Origin: an uncultured Gammaproteobacteria bacterium
GTDB lineage: Bacteria > Patescibacteriota > Patescibacteriia > UBA1558 > S5-K13
DNA length: 64,000 nucleotides
Direction of reading: 5' to 3'
NCBI GenBank assembly: GCA_964640635.1
Contig: CAZXFD010000002.1
Span: forward strand, 179,115-243,114
In this document: positions 48,577 to 57,830 of the stretch, in pieces
Position numbering within the stretch: position 1 is the stretch's first letter
How the letters are laid out: every line of letters begins with the position of its first letter
The notes under the pieces: model-generated
Told to the model about the DNA's origin: nothing
Databases searched by the model: none
Seen by the model: the letters and a program-made list of their open reading frames with translations, nothing else
Made by a program: the position numbers and the translations under genes

Positions 48577-49785
48577 ATGAAAAATAAAAAAAATAAATCC
48601 TTATTTAATTTACCCAAAATACTTCCTCTCATTATTTTCTTTCTTCTAATACTAAATGTGCCTACAAACAAAACCTTTGCCTGTGCATTTACTGAGGATT
48701 GTGATCCATGTCAAAAATGTTCATGGACTCTTTGTGTAAATAATGACGAAGACACAAGGTGCTCTACAATGTGTGAAAGAGGGGTGTGTGCAAAACAATG
48801 CGAAGGCACTTGTAAATCAGTTTGTGAAGTAGAAAATGGAGAAACACCCGGAGATCCTATCAATGATGGAGAATGTTTTGAAAATAGACAACTATCTCCT
48901 TCACTACATTGTTGTATGCCTAGTGGTACAACTCAAGTAGAAAACTGTAGTGGAACTTGTAAAAATATTTGTAACTACACCACGGAAACTCAGGACTCCA
49001 CTGGCACTTGCCTTGGTAGCAAAAAATGTTGTATCGCCAAAGTCAATGATGATACTGATACTGATATAGTAGACATAGGAGGGTTAATAGAGGATACGGA
49101 AATAAATACCGGACTAACAGCTCAATCAAATGCTACGCAAGGCGTCCTCTTTACAGGTGTAAGTTGTATTGAGAGTGGAAATTGTAGCGTAACAGATATG
49201 ATGAATACCGCTATAAACGTAACAACATTTTTACTAGGAATCATAGGAAGTGTAGCGTTATTATTCTTCATACTTGCTGGTTTCAAGTTGCTTACATCTC
49301 GTGGAAATGAACAAGCTATAAGTAGTGGCAAACAAATGATGGTTCAAACTGTTATAGGAATATTTATATTTTTCTCTGCATTTCTAATAATCGACTTTAC
49401 TAGAAAATCGTTATTAGAGCCTCGATATGCCACTCCACTTGGAAATCCATATGAAGCACCTGGGACACAAGAAGTAGCAGTGCCAGAAGCGACAGAAGAA
49501 ACAACAGAAGCAACAACAATCAACGCAGAAGCCGATTGTAATGATACAACCACTGGAAAAATACATTGGAGATGTGTAGGGAGGTTTGGGGCTGGATCTA
49601 GATGCAGACAATTGACGTCTGGCGCAAGTGATCTCGTAAGTGACGGAAAATGTACTAGGGCTGGATTATGTCCAGTACAAGGATCCGCTAGCTTAGTTGT
49701 ATATTGCTGCAAATCAGACGTAACATCAGGAACCGTATATAATGGTCCAAAAACATGTCCATGTACTGGAAATTGCGAATATTAA
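48577..49785 (+). CDS. Secreted Cys-rich protein with an embedded TrbC/VirB2-like two-helix pilin core (decorated pilin-like)
   Basis: Signal peptide, then about 200 aa containing 26 Cys (CAFTEDCDPCQKCSWTLC...). The core TFLLGIIGSVALLFFILAGFKLLTSRGNEQAISSGKQMMVQTVIGIFIFFSAFLII is homologous to the downstream pilin genes. A Pro/Thr/Glu linker and an about 110-aa C-terminal Cys-rich domain follow. Confidence 0.5.
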   Translation: MKNKKNKSLFNLPKILPLIIFFLLILNVPTNKTFACAFTEDCDPCQKCSWTLCVNNDEDTRCSTMCERGVCAKQCEGTCKSVCEVENGETPGDPINDGECFENRQLSPSLHCCMPSGTTQVENCSGTCKNICNYTTETQDSTGTCLGSKKCCIAKVNDDTDTDIVDIGGLIEDTEINTGLTAQSNATQGVLFTGVSCIESGNCSVTDMMNTAINVTTFLLGIIGSVALLFFILAGFKLLTSRGNEQAISSGKQMMVQTVIGIFIFFSAFLIIDFTRKSLLEPRYATPLGNPYEAPGTQEVAVPEATEETTEATTINAEADCNDTTTGKIHWRCVGRFGAGSRCRQLTSGASDLVSDGKCTRAGLCPVQGSASLVVYCCKSDVTSGTVYNGPKTCPCTGNCEY

Positions 49786-49834
49786 TAAAGCTCACTAAAA
49801 AAATAATACTAATTTAAAATAAACATTAATCTAT

Positions 49835-50173
49835 ATGAAACACTCCAAAATAAAAAAAATATCTACTGCAAGCATCTTTGTAATCACGACAATACTCACC
49901 ACCCAAATAACTAGTGCTCAACTAACAAATCCTATGAGGGCAAATAGTATACCAGAATTAGTAGGTCTTATCATAACGGCTATCTTAGGGATAGTAGGAT
50001 CTATTGCACTACTTATGTTTATCTATGGTGGATTTACATGGCTTACATCAGGTGGTGCTGAAAAGAAAATAAAAGAAGGAAGAGAAACACTTATCTGGTC
50101 TATTATGGGACTTGCTGTAATATTTGCAAGTTATGCCATACTCCGATTTGTTTTTGGAATATTAGCTTTATAA
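49835..50173 (+). CDS. TrbC/VirB2-like pilin family protein, paralogue 1
   Basis: Signal peptide (…ITSAQ), TM1, loop GGFTWLTSGGAEKKIKEG, TM2; 112 aa. Confidence 0.55.
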   Translation: MKHSKIKKISTASIFVITTILTTQITSAQLTNPMRANSIPELVGLIITAILGIVGSIALLMFIYGGFTWLTSGGAEKKIKEGRETLIWSIMGLAVIFASYAILRFVFGILAL

Positions 50174-50275
50174 TAACCTTTTATATTTACTATAAAAATA
50201 GTATAATTTATATATAATTTTAAATAAGAAAAAAATAATAATCTCCCTTTACTGGGAAAAGAAAGGAATCAACAA

Positions 50276-50683
50276 ATGACAAATTTAACAAAAAAGGTAG
50301 TAAGTTTTTCTCTAGTACTTCTTATCTCCTGTTTCATGGTGTTTGGAGTAAGTGCTCAAATAAATGAGGGTCTAGACTATGCAGAAGACATTGCTACTAA
50401 CGGAGATCTTGGAACAGCAAATAGTGAAACTGCAATATCTACAATAATAAATACAGTTTTAGGATTTTTGGGAATTATTGCTCTTGTAGTAATATTGCTC
50501 GGTGGGTTCAAATGGATGACATCAGGTGGAAATGATGAAAAAATCAAAAAAGCAAAAGGAACTCTTATGGCAGGAGTCACAGGACTTATTATTGTTCTTG
50601 CAGCTTATGTAATAGTTGGCTTTGTAGTTGATACAGCTCAAAACGCAACAACCGAAGGAACAGGAACATCAATAACCGAATAA
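50276..50683 (+). CDS. TrbC/VirB2-like pilin family protein, paralogue 2
   Basis: Signal peptide (…GVSAQ), variable segment, TM1, GGFKWMTSGGNDEKIKKAKG, TM2, Thr/Gly-rich tail; 135 aa. Confidence 0.55.
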   Translation: MTNLTKKVVSFSLVLLISCFMVFGVSAQINEGLDYAEDIATNGDLGTANSETAISTIINTVLGFLGIIALVVILLGGFKWMTSGGNDEKIKKAKGTLMAGVTGLIIVLAAYVIVGFVVDTAQNATTEGTGTSITE

Positions 50684-50826
50684 TTTAGATACTCTTATCC
50701 TCTCTTTGAGGGGATAAGTAATTTGAATTATACCCTGCGGGGAATAAACAATACACAATCACCAATAATCAGACAAATTCCAGCTTCCACTTCTTGAATT
50801 CTTGATTATTGATTATTGAGCATTAT

Positions 50827-50871
50827 CTGTCTCTCAACCCTGTCTTCGACTCCGAGATCGCTCAGACTCGA
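50827..50871 (+). repeat. Degenerate third copy of the 56-bp repeat (lacks the central palindrome)
   Basis: ccctgtcttcgactccgagatcgctcagactcga aligns to tcttcgactctgaga...gctcagactcga of copy A. It is flanked by ttgattattgattatt motifs at 50797 and 50905. Confidence 0.5.
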
Positions 50872-50960
50872 GGAAAGGTCTCTGGACCGAAGGGTAATTT
50901 AAGATTTGATTATTGATTATTCACGAAGTAACTTATTTAATTGATATTAAAATCAATCTA

Positions 50961-51434
50961 ATGAAAAACAAAAACAACAAAAACGTGCTCAGTAGATTTT
51001 TTATTTCATTGTTATTTTTACTAATAACAATTTTTAATTTCCAAATCGCAAACGCACAGGGAAATGTTACAGAAGTTAGAACTCCTGAAAAATATGGGCT
51101 AACAGAGGCTGCGACGCATGGGGGGTTAATCACAAACGATTCTGATAATCAAGATATTATATTGATAGTTTCAAATATAGTTGGCTATGCTCTTTATTTC
51201 ACTGGATCTATATTTTTTATATTAATTATTATTGCTGGATTTACTTGGATGACTGCAGGAGGCGAAGAAAAAAAAGTATCTAGCGCCAAGGGCAAGATAA
51301 AGGGTGCTATCATGGGCATAGTTGTAATTCTTTGCGCTTATATAATTACAACATTTGTATTTAATACATTAAAAGCAACCATAGAAACAGATGAACTTGC
51401 TCCTCCACCAGCGGACAACACAATAGCGCCATAA
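50961..51434 (+). CDS. TrbC/VirB2-like pilin family protein, paralogue 3
   Basis: Likely start is ATG 50961 (MKNKNNKNVLSRFF…ANAQ); the ORF-track start is a TTG. Core AGFTWMTAGGEEKKVSSAKG, TM2, Pro-rich tail. Confidence 0.5.
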   Translation: MKNKNNKNVLSRFFISLLFLLITIFNFQIANAQGNVTEVRTPEKYGLTEAATHGGLITNDSDNQDIILIVSNIVGYALYFTGSIFFILIIIAGFTWMTAGGEEKKVSSAKGKIKGAIMGIVVILCAYIITTFVFNTLKATIETDELAPPPADNTIAP

Positions 51435-51446
51435 AAAGAATCAAAT

Positions 51447-51833
51447 ATGACTAAACTACAAAAAATAAAATACTCCCTCCTAACTATTTTGAGTTTTTTT
51501 GTATCTCCTATTGTTCGCGGACAAAGTGCGATAGAAAATGCCTCTATCGATGCCCAAAATATGGCTGGCCTAATTGGGTATAAAAATACCAGCTCTCAGA
51601 ACATACTATTTTTAATAGGCACTATCATAAAATATACACTTAGCTTTATCGGTGTAATATTTTTAGCTCTTGTAATAATAAATGGCTTCAAATGGATGAC
51701 TGCAGGAGGAAATGAAGAAACTGTCAAAAAAGCAAGGTCTGCAATACTCGATCTAGTAAAGGGTCTTCTAGTAATTGCCCTAGCATACATTATTACAAGT
51801 CTTATTCCATTTATTATGCTCGCAATAGACTAA
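51447..51833 (+). CDS. TrbC/VirB2-like pilin family protein, paralogue 4
   Basis: Signal peptide (…VRGQS), core NGFKWMTAGGNEETVKKARS, two TM helices; 128 aa. Confidence 0.55.
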   Translation: MTKLQKIKYSLLTILSFFVSPIVRGQSAIENASIDAQNMAGLIGYKNTSSQNILFLIGTIIKYTLSFIGVIFLALVIINGFKWMTAGGNEETVKKARSAILDLVKGLLVIALAYIITSLIPFIMLAID

Positions 51834-51859
51834 TAAAACATAATTTATAAAATAAAAAA

Positions 51860-52258
51860 ATGATTCACAAAAAAATAAAATACTCCCTAGTATTAATTAT
51901 TTTTGCATGTTTAATTGTTGTCAATTCTGCAATTGCAACAACCACGCTCAATCTTAGTGATACAGGAACTGGAATAACCAATCTTGCAAATACAGCTGGA
52001 TACGAAACATATGGCGTAGATCCATACAGAACCATAGGAAATCTAATCAAGGTGGCATTATCCTTTTTGGGAATAATATTTTTAATTCTTGTTATACTCA
52101 GCGGTTTCCAATGGATGTCGGCGGGTGGGAATGAAGAAGCTATCAAAAAAGCAAAGGGAAGAATAAAAAATGCTACAATGGGACTTGTAATTATTTTAAT
52201 GGCATATGCACTTACTTATTTCATATTAGATATTTTATTAAGTCAAACAATTAAATAA
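51860..52258 (+). CDS. TrbC/VirB2-like pilin family protein, paralogue 5
   Basis: Signal peptide, core SGFQWMSAGGNEEAIKKAKGRIKNAT, two TM helices; 132 aa. Confidence 0.55.
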   Translation: MIHKKIKYSLVLIIFACLIVVNSAIATTTLNLSDTGTGITNLANTAGYETYGVDPYRTIGNLIKVALSFLGIIFLILVILSGFQWMSAGGNEEAIKKAKGRIKNATMGLVIILMAYALTYFILDILLSQTIK

Positions 52259-52262
52259 CACC

Positions 52263-52670
52263 ATGAAAATCAAAAAAACACTTATATCAATATCAATACT
52301 TACAATATACTTATTTTTTACCGTAATAACTATTGCCTTTGCAGAAGGAACATCCACAAAACAAAATATACTTGGCAACACAAAAAATGTTAGTGAAAAT
52401 GCTGGATATCTTAGTGCTAATGCAGACACTCTAACGGCAACAATAGCAAATACTGTAAAAATACTACTTTCTTTTTTGGGAATAATATTTTTACTTCTTG
52501 TCATAATTAGCGGTTTTCAGTGGATGACCGCAGGGGGAAATGAAGATGCTGTTAAAAAAGCGAGGACCAAAATAAAAAATGCTACGATAGGTCTTATAAT
52601 AATCGTCCTATCTTATTCTCTAACAGCCTTCATAGAGTTTGAAATAATAAAAAAAGCTCAAGGATTATAA
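52263..52670 (+). CDS. TrbC/VirB2-like pilin family protein, paralogue 6
   Basis: Signal peptide (…AFAEG), core SGFQWMTAGGNEDAVKKARTKIKNAT; 135 aa. Confidence 0.55.
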   Translation: MKIKKTLISISILTIYLFFTVITIAFAEGTSTKQNILGNTKNVSENAGYLSANADTLTATIANTVKILLSFLGIIFLLLVIISGFQWMTAGGNEDAVKKARTKIKNATIGLIIIVLSYSLTAFIEFEIIKKAQGL

Positions 52671-52684
52671 ACTAAAAAAATAAA

Positions 52685-53092
52685 ATGCTAAAAAACTTAA
52701 AAATATTTATATTAACGCTCTTGCTATCTTTCTGTTTTTACAACGGTACTTTCGCGGTAACTAATATAAACTCCGAAGAAAGAACTGATGCTTTTGCCGG
52801 ACAAGCCGGCTTACTTGCTCCATCTCACACTACTATTATTGAAAATATTGTAAAAGTATCGCTAAGTTTACTTGCCGTCGTATTTCTTATATTAATAATT
52901 TACTCCGGTTTTGAATGGATGACTGCGGGAGGAAGTGAAGAAAAGGTTAAAAAAGCAAAGGGAAGAATAAAAAATGCTACAATTGGAGTCATAATAGTAT
53001 TATTCTCATACATAATAACGAGTTTTATATTCAGCACCATTGAGTGTAGCACCACGGGTTGTAATGAGGGGGTTTGGAACTTTAATTTCTAA
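52685..53092 (+). CDS. TrbC/VirB2-like pilin family protein, paralogue 7 (C-terminal CSTTGC tail)
   Basis: Signal peptide (…GTFAV), core SGFEWMTAGGSEEKVKKAKGRIKNAT; 135 aa. Confidence 0.55.
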   Translation: MLKNLKIFILTLLLSFCFYNGTFAVTNINSEERTDAFAGQAGLLAPSHTTIIENIVKVSLSLLAVVFLILIIYSGFEWMTAGGSEEKVKKAKGRIKNATIGVIIVLFSYIITSFIFSTIECSTTGCNEGVWNFNF

Positions 53093-53117
53093 ACATACAA
53101 ATTAAATTTATAACAAA

Positions 53118-53145
53118 AATCGGATCATAGATCCGATTTTTGTTA
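53118..53145. terminator. Bidirectional hairpin terminator between the pilin array and the convergent isomerase gene
   Basis: aaaaatcggatcatagatccgattttt: stem atcggatc/gatccgat flanked by an A-run and a T-run. Confidence 0.6.
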
Positions 53146-53163
53146 TAAACAATGTTATACTAA

Positions 53164-54174
53164 TTATTCCTTCATTCTTATTTTCAAATAATCCACATAA
53201 GGATTTGGCTGGGGATCAATATTATTAAAATATGCTAAGTAAAATGATGCATATGAAGAAGCTCCCATTATATACATTGCCTCCTCGCATATATTTTTAC
53301 CCATTGGCTTTATTTCAATAAATTTAATTTTCTTTTTATTTAGAATTTCTTTCATTATTTCATATCGTTTTTGATTTCTTTTGTAATAACTATTTGAGCT
53401 TATTAAAACATATATAATTTGCTTGTTTAGCTCTACTGGATTGTTAAGTCCCTCAAATTGATGATGACAAATTTCAGGAATAGAAAAATATGCTGACATA
53501 TTCTTGCCAGTTTCATTGATTTGATTTTGAAAAATATGAGCATTGGCAATAAGATGCTCCGATGCAATAATAATAGGCATTTTACCGCTTATATTTTTTG
53601 CAATTTTCTCTGCAACTGCCTTTCCCTTAATAAAGATTTTTACTTCTTTTTCAAGTTTTGAAATACTATACTTCAAAAACCCTAATTTATTTAGCAAACA
53701 AATAAAAACCGCTATAGAATAACCCGCTGCAAATCTAGGATTTTTTGCATAATTATAAATAGGATCATAAACAAATTTAGTGGAGTCTGCTTTTGAAAGT
53801 TCGCCACCAGTACAAATTACAAAAGTTTTAAGTCTCTTTTTCTTAGCACTTTTAAAACAACTAATAGACTCCTCCGTTGTGCCAGAAAAACTTGATATCA
53901 CAACAAGTGTTTGCTTATCAATCCATGCTGGTAAATCATATTCATTTGAAATAATGAGTGGAACATTAATATATTTTGAAAAAACACTTCTTACAAAATG
54001 TGGCCCCAAAGCTGATCCACCCATTCCACAAACAATAATTTTATCAACCCCCTTAATTTTGCTTAAATCAACATTTTTAAACTCCTTAAAAATTTGCTCG
54101 AACTGTTTGTGAGAATTTTCATAAGTTTTAAAAACAAATCCCTTATCAAAGTCTTTTATCTTTTTTTGGTCCAT
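53164..54174 (-). CDS. SIS-domain bifunctional phosphoglucose/phosphomannose isomerase-type protein
   Basis: IIVCGMGGSALGPHFVRS SIS motif; 336 aa, the length typical of PGI/PMI-family proteins. Confidence 0.5.
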   Translation of the reverse strand: MDQKKIKDFDKGFVFKTYENSHKQFEQIFKEFKNVDLSKIKGVDKIIVCGMGGSALGPHFVRSVFSKYINVPLIISNEYDLPAWIDKQTLVVISSFSGTTEESISCFKSAKKKRLKTFVICTGGELSKADSTKFVYDPIYNYAKNPRFAAGYSIAVFICLLNKLGFLKYSISKLEKEVKIFIKGKAVAEKIAKNISGKMPIIIASEHLIANAHIFQNQINETGKNMSAYFSIPEICHHQFEGLNNPVELNKQIIYVLISSNSYYKRNQKRYEIMKEILNKKKIKFIEIKPMGKNICEEAMYIMGASSYASFYLAYFNNIDPQPNPYVDYLKIRMKE

Positions 54175-54274
54175 ATATTTACTTATTATTTGTTTTATAT
54201 TTATTCTATATTTATTATATCTTAAATGTTACTACAAATCTATTAAACAATTAGTCTATTATACAATTAACCTA

Positions 54275-55933
54275 TTATTTCCCCACTTCATTCAAATAAA
54301 TATACTTTATAGGCGACAACAATGTGTTTGTCTTGCGCTTATCAATTACCTTGTATCCACCAAGTTCTGAAAAAGAAATAATATATTTCATCTGATGATT
54401 TTTGGAAATTTGCTTTACATACCATGGTGCCCAGGTAGGAGTAAATTTTCCCAAAGACTCGCCTTCCGACAATCTATACAAATTCCACCCATCCCACTCA
54501 TATCCTGCTTCAATATCTTTGATATCAACACTTTGCAACAGTAATCTTCCCATATCCCACCTTGTCTTATTCCACACTAAATAATCTCTTGTTCCAATGA
54601 AAACAAAAATAATCTGAGTCAATAATAAAATGACAAATATTCTTTTTGAAAAATTCTGTTTTTCTATTATCAGAGCATATAGCAATATCAAAAATGGAAA
54701 TATAATAAGCAGATATCTATCAAAAGACATTATTGGCAAAATCAAAACTAAATATACAAGCAAAAAAATAAATATAAAAGCATTTTTCTTAACGTATTCA
54801 TAAACCACTCTTCTATTTTCAAACAAGTGTAATATATTAAATATTGATAAAATGACAAGAACAATATTGATAAAAAATAAATCTAGATTACCCAAATACG
54901 AGACTACATCTCCTTGCATTATACTCTTACTTGGCCCTATTCCATATAAATTTATAATATTTCCCATAATTGGAAATTGAAACTTCTTGTAAAATACAGC
55001 CAAAGCAAATCCCAACACTAAGGTAATTATTACAAGTAGATTTTTCCGAGATATTATTTTTTTAATGCTCTCTAAGTTAACAATACTTAGAGTTATGGGA
55101 ACAAAAAACAATGATAATAGCAATATATAATTTATGGCATTAAAAACAATTGTTCTTGGAATTAGTTCAATTGGAACAAAACGTGCTGAAACTTCTTGAG
55201 GCACGAATCCAAAATAATTGAATATATAATAAATACCCATTAACAAAACCAGACTTGGCGAAAATGCCAATAATACTTTTTTCTTATCAAATTTACGTGA
55301 AAAAAAGAAGCATAAAAATGCTATAGCTGGCAAAAATGCTATAAACTGTCTTGTAAAAATACCTAGTAGAGAAACAATGCTAGCTAAAAAAGCATGTTTA
55401 TAGCTTTGCTTATTGTATGACACTTGATACAAAAATATAGAAATAAGTAAAAACAAAAATGCTATCTGATCCCCCATAAACGTATATGACAAATAAAAAA
55501 ATATTGGATTAAACCATAAAAGAAGTGAAAACAAAAATGAATTTAGCTTTGAAATCTTGTTATATCTCAAAAATAAATAAAATATATATACGATTATAAA
55601 AGACACGACCAAATTTCCACTTCTTAAAACTGCAAAAGAAAATCCGAAGATAGACGACAAAATAACACCAAATATTATGGGAACATAATTAAAGGCGGAA
55701 AACCATGCTGGGTAAAACAATTCTTTGTTTAAGTTAAAATGATAAATAGACAAGCTCTGCGTCCAATCATCATTAAGCGGGAAATTGTAATCTGGGCTCA
55801 ATATAAGAAGTTCTAAAATAAAAATGACCGGAAAAAGCAGAAATATTCTATTTTTGAAAAAACTAAAAATCCGATTTAACATACAAAATTCGTTATTTTT
55901 TATATATATATTGTATAACCTATACCCCAACAT
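54275..55933 (-). CDS. Large polytopic membrane protein (552 aa), possibly an ArnT/PMT-like (GT39/GT83-type) glycosyltransferase
   Basis: At least 12 predicted TM helices with aromatic-rich loops. No diagnostic motif seen; the call is by architecture only. Confidence 0.25.
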   Translation of the reverse strand: MLGYRLYNIYIKNNEFCMLNRIFSFFKNRIFLLFPVIFILELLILSPDYNFPLNDDWTQSLSIYHFNLNKELFYPAWFSAFNYVPIIFGVILSSIFGFSFAVLRSGNLVVSFIIVYIFYLFLRYNKISKLNSFLFSLLLWFNPIFFYLSYTFMGDQIAFLFLLISIFLYQVSYNKQSYKHAFLASIVSLLGIFTRQFIAFLPAIAFLCFFFSRKFDKKKVLLAFSPSLVLLMGIYYIFNYFGFVPQEVSARFVPIELIPRTIVFNAINYILLLSLFFVPITLSIVNLESIKKIISRKNLLVIITLVLGFALAVFYKKFQFPIMGNIINLYGIGPSKSIMQGDVVSYLGNLDLFFINIVLVILSIFNILHLFENRRVVYEYVKKNAFIFIFLLVYLVLILPIMSFDRYLLIIFPFLILLYALIIEKQNFSKRIFVILLLTQIIFVFIGTRDYLVWNKTRWDMGRLLLQSVDIKDIEAGYEWDGWNLYRLSEGESLGKFTPTWAPWYVKQISKNHQMKYIISFSELGGYKVIDKRKTNTLLSPIKYIYLNEVGK

Positions 55934-56050
55934 CGCAAATCAAAACCCAATACCCTATACTTTACACCCCAAACTTATATTGCTAGAATGAATTTAGTTG
56001 GTCAACCAACTACTTCAAACTTCATACTTTATACTTAATAACTTAACACT

Positions 56051-56752
56051 ATGTCTGGACACTCAAAATGGGCGACAACAAAGCATAAAAAGGCACTTAT
56101 AGACTCAAAGAGATCTTCTCTTTTTACAAAACTTACAAAAAACATTCAAATAGCAGCTCGAGATGGAGCTGACACCGAAATGAACTTTAAACTTCGTATG
56201 GCCGTTGATAAGGCTAGAAGCTACTCTGTCCCAAAAGAGAACATTGAAAGAGCTATAGCACGTGGATCTGGCTCCGGAGAAGGTACTGCCCTAGAAGAAA
56301 TGATATATGAAGGATATGGACCAAATGGTGTTGCTATTATAATAGAGGTTGTAACTGACAACAAAAATAGGGCTGCTTCTGATATAAGACACATTTTATC
56401 AAAACACGGCGGTGCTCTTGCCGCTTCAAACTCGGTGCTTTGGCAATTTGATAGAGTTGGTGTGATTTACCTAAAAAATACTGCGGTAACAGACGAGCAA
56501 GAACTTGCCATAATAGATGCTGGCGCAAATGATATAGAGGTATCTGATGACGGCGTAAGGGTAATTACAAATATGACTGACCTTCAAAAAGTCCAAGAGG
56601 CTATAAAAAATATTGTAGAAATTGATAATGCAGAACTAGAATACATTGCAAAAAACAAAGTAAAAGTAGAAGACACTGAGAGTCTTGATAAATTATTCGA
56701 CGCACTTGACGAAAACGAAGATGCAGGAAATTACTATTCAAATATTGAATAG
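56051..56752 (+). CDS. yebC: YebC/PmpR-family transcriptional regulator
   Basis: MSGHSKWATTKHKKALIDSKRSSLFTKL...IARG is the highly conserved N-terminus; 233 aa. Confidence 0.85.
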   Translation: MSGHSKWATTKHKKALIDSKRSSLFTKLTKNIQIAARDGADTEMNFKLRMAVDKARSYSVPKENIERAIARGSGSGEGTALEEMIYEGYGPNGVAIIIEVVTDNKNRAASDIRHILSKHGGALAASNSVLWQFDRVGVIYLKNTAVTDEQELAIIDAGANDIEVSDDGVRVITNMTDLQKVQEAIKNIVEIDNAELEYIAKNKVKVEDTESLDKLFDALDENEDAGNYYSNIE

Positions 56753-56769
56753 TTAAATGATTTATTAAA

Positions 56770-57264
56770 ATGCTTCAAACTAAGAAAATTTCTCCAAAAA
56801 TAATTTTAGGAGTTGATCCTGGACTAGCCACTGTAGGCTATGCTTTTATAACACACGAAAAAGAACCTCGTCTTATAAGCTGTGGTTGTATTGAAACAAA
56901 AGCTGGAGATGAGTTCAATCAAAGACTTAATACAATACACAAAGAACTTACATTTTTAATTAAGAAATACAAACCATCCTTCTCGAGTGTAGAAAAAATA
57001 TATTTTTGCAAAAATGTAAAAACTGCAATGGATGTAGGTCACGCTAGGGGCGTAATAATTCTTACCCTATCAGAAGCCCAGCTTCCTATTTACGAATACA
57101 CTCCTCTTCAAATCAAACTTGCAATAACTTCTTATGGAAAAGCAGATAAACGACAAATTGCAGAAATGGTCAAAATCGCCTTAAAGCTAAAAGCTATTCC
57201 AAAAAAAGACGATACGTCAGACGCTCTTGCAATAGCACTGACTTGTGGGTATCAGATGAGATAA
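56770..57264 (+). CDS. ruvC: Holliday junction resolvase RuvC
   Basis: ILGVDPGLATVGYAFI...DDTSDALAIALTCG catalytic acidic residues; 164 aa. Follows yebC as in many bacteria. Confidence 0.85.
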   Translation: MLQTKKISPKIILGVDPGLATVGYAFITHEKEPRLISCGCIETKAGDEFNQRLNTIHKELTFLIKKYKPSFSSVEKIYFCKNVKTAMDVGHARGVIILTLSEAQLPIYEYTPLQIKLAITSYGKADKRQIAEMVKIALKLKAIPKKDDTSDALAIALTCGYQMR

Positions 57265-57278
57265 ATTGTTTATAAGAT

Positions 57279-57830
57279 TTATTTTCTATAATTCCTATCA
57301 TTTTCCCAGTTACTGGGATTATTTTGTATATATTTTCTACATTTCCATAAATCAAGGTCTGTACGCATTATGCGATCATAAAATCCTTGTTGCCAACGGA
57401 AACTATAATGTTTAAATTGTATATTTATTATTTTTTTACAGATTGATTTGTAAGATCTAATTATCGATGATAATGACCCTGATTTTGGAGAAATGTTAGA
57501 CATTTGCGCATTTCCGTAGAGACGTAGCATTGCTACGTCTCTACGTTGTTTAAATCTAATAGACATTATCAAATGTACGTGATTTGGCATTATAATAAAC
57601 GAATCTATTTTAATAAAACGGAAATGCGCATCTATTTGTTTTAAATACTGTTTTACAATATACCCCAACTCATTTAATATCATCTTTTCCTCTTTAATTT
57701 CACCGAACATATTTACCCTATCCTTTGTACAGATTGTGACAAAATAAAAACCGGGATTAGAATAATCCCAGCACTCTAGCCTTGTCGATTTAACCCTATA
57801 TTTATTTTTAAATAAGGCCTTATTTTTCAT
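57279..57830 (-). CDS. IS200/IS605-family Y1 HUH transposase homologue (RAYT-like), second and distinct paralogue
   Basis: FYFVTICT, HUH motif MPNHVHLIM, C-terminal SFRWQQGFYDRIMR...YIQNNP. It contains an in-frame 31-nt perfect palindrome at 57514..57544. Confidence 0.7.
   Translation of the reverse strand: MKNKALFKNKYRVKSTRLECWDYSNPGFYFVTICTKDRVNMFGEIKEEKMILNELGYIVKQYLKQIDAHFRFIKIDSFIIMPNHVHLIMSIRFKQRRDVAMLRLYGNAQMSNISPKSGSLSSIIRSYKSICKKIINIQFKHYSFRWQQGFYDRIMRTDLDLWKCRKYIQNNPSNWENDRNYRK

Noticed and set aside
48577-53092. CRISPR array or type IV (PilA-like) pilin cluster as an explanation for the periodic tandem units
   Set aside because: The periodicity is about 400 bp of protein-coding paralogues, not 25-40-bp repeats with spacers. 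The proteins also lack the class III prepilin leader (G|F-x-x-x-E), whereas the two-TM hairpin with a basic loop is VirB2/TrbC-like.
57514-57544. Palindromes in the transposase genes as assembly or sequencing artefacts
   Set aside because: Both are perfectly in-frame and embedded in otherwise coherent ORFs with intact HUH and Tyr motifs on both sides, and the two differ in sequence and length. Chimeric-read artefacts would not be expected to preserve the frame twice.
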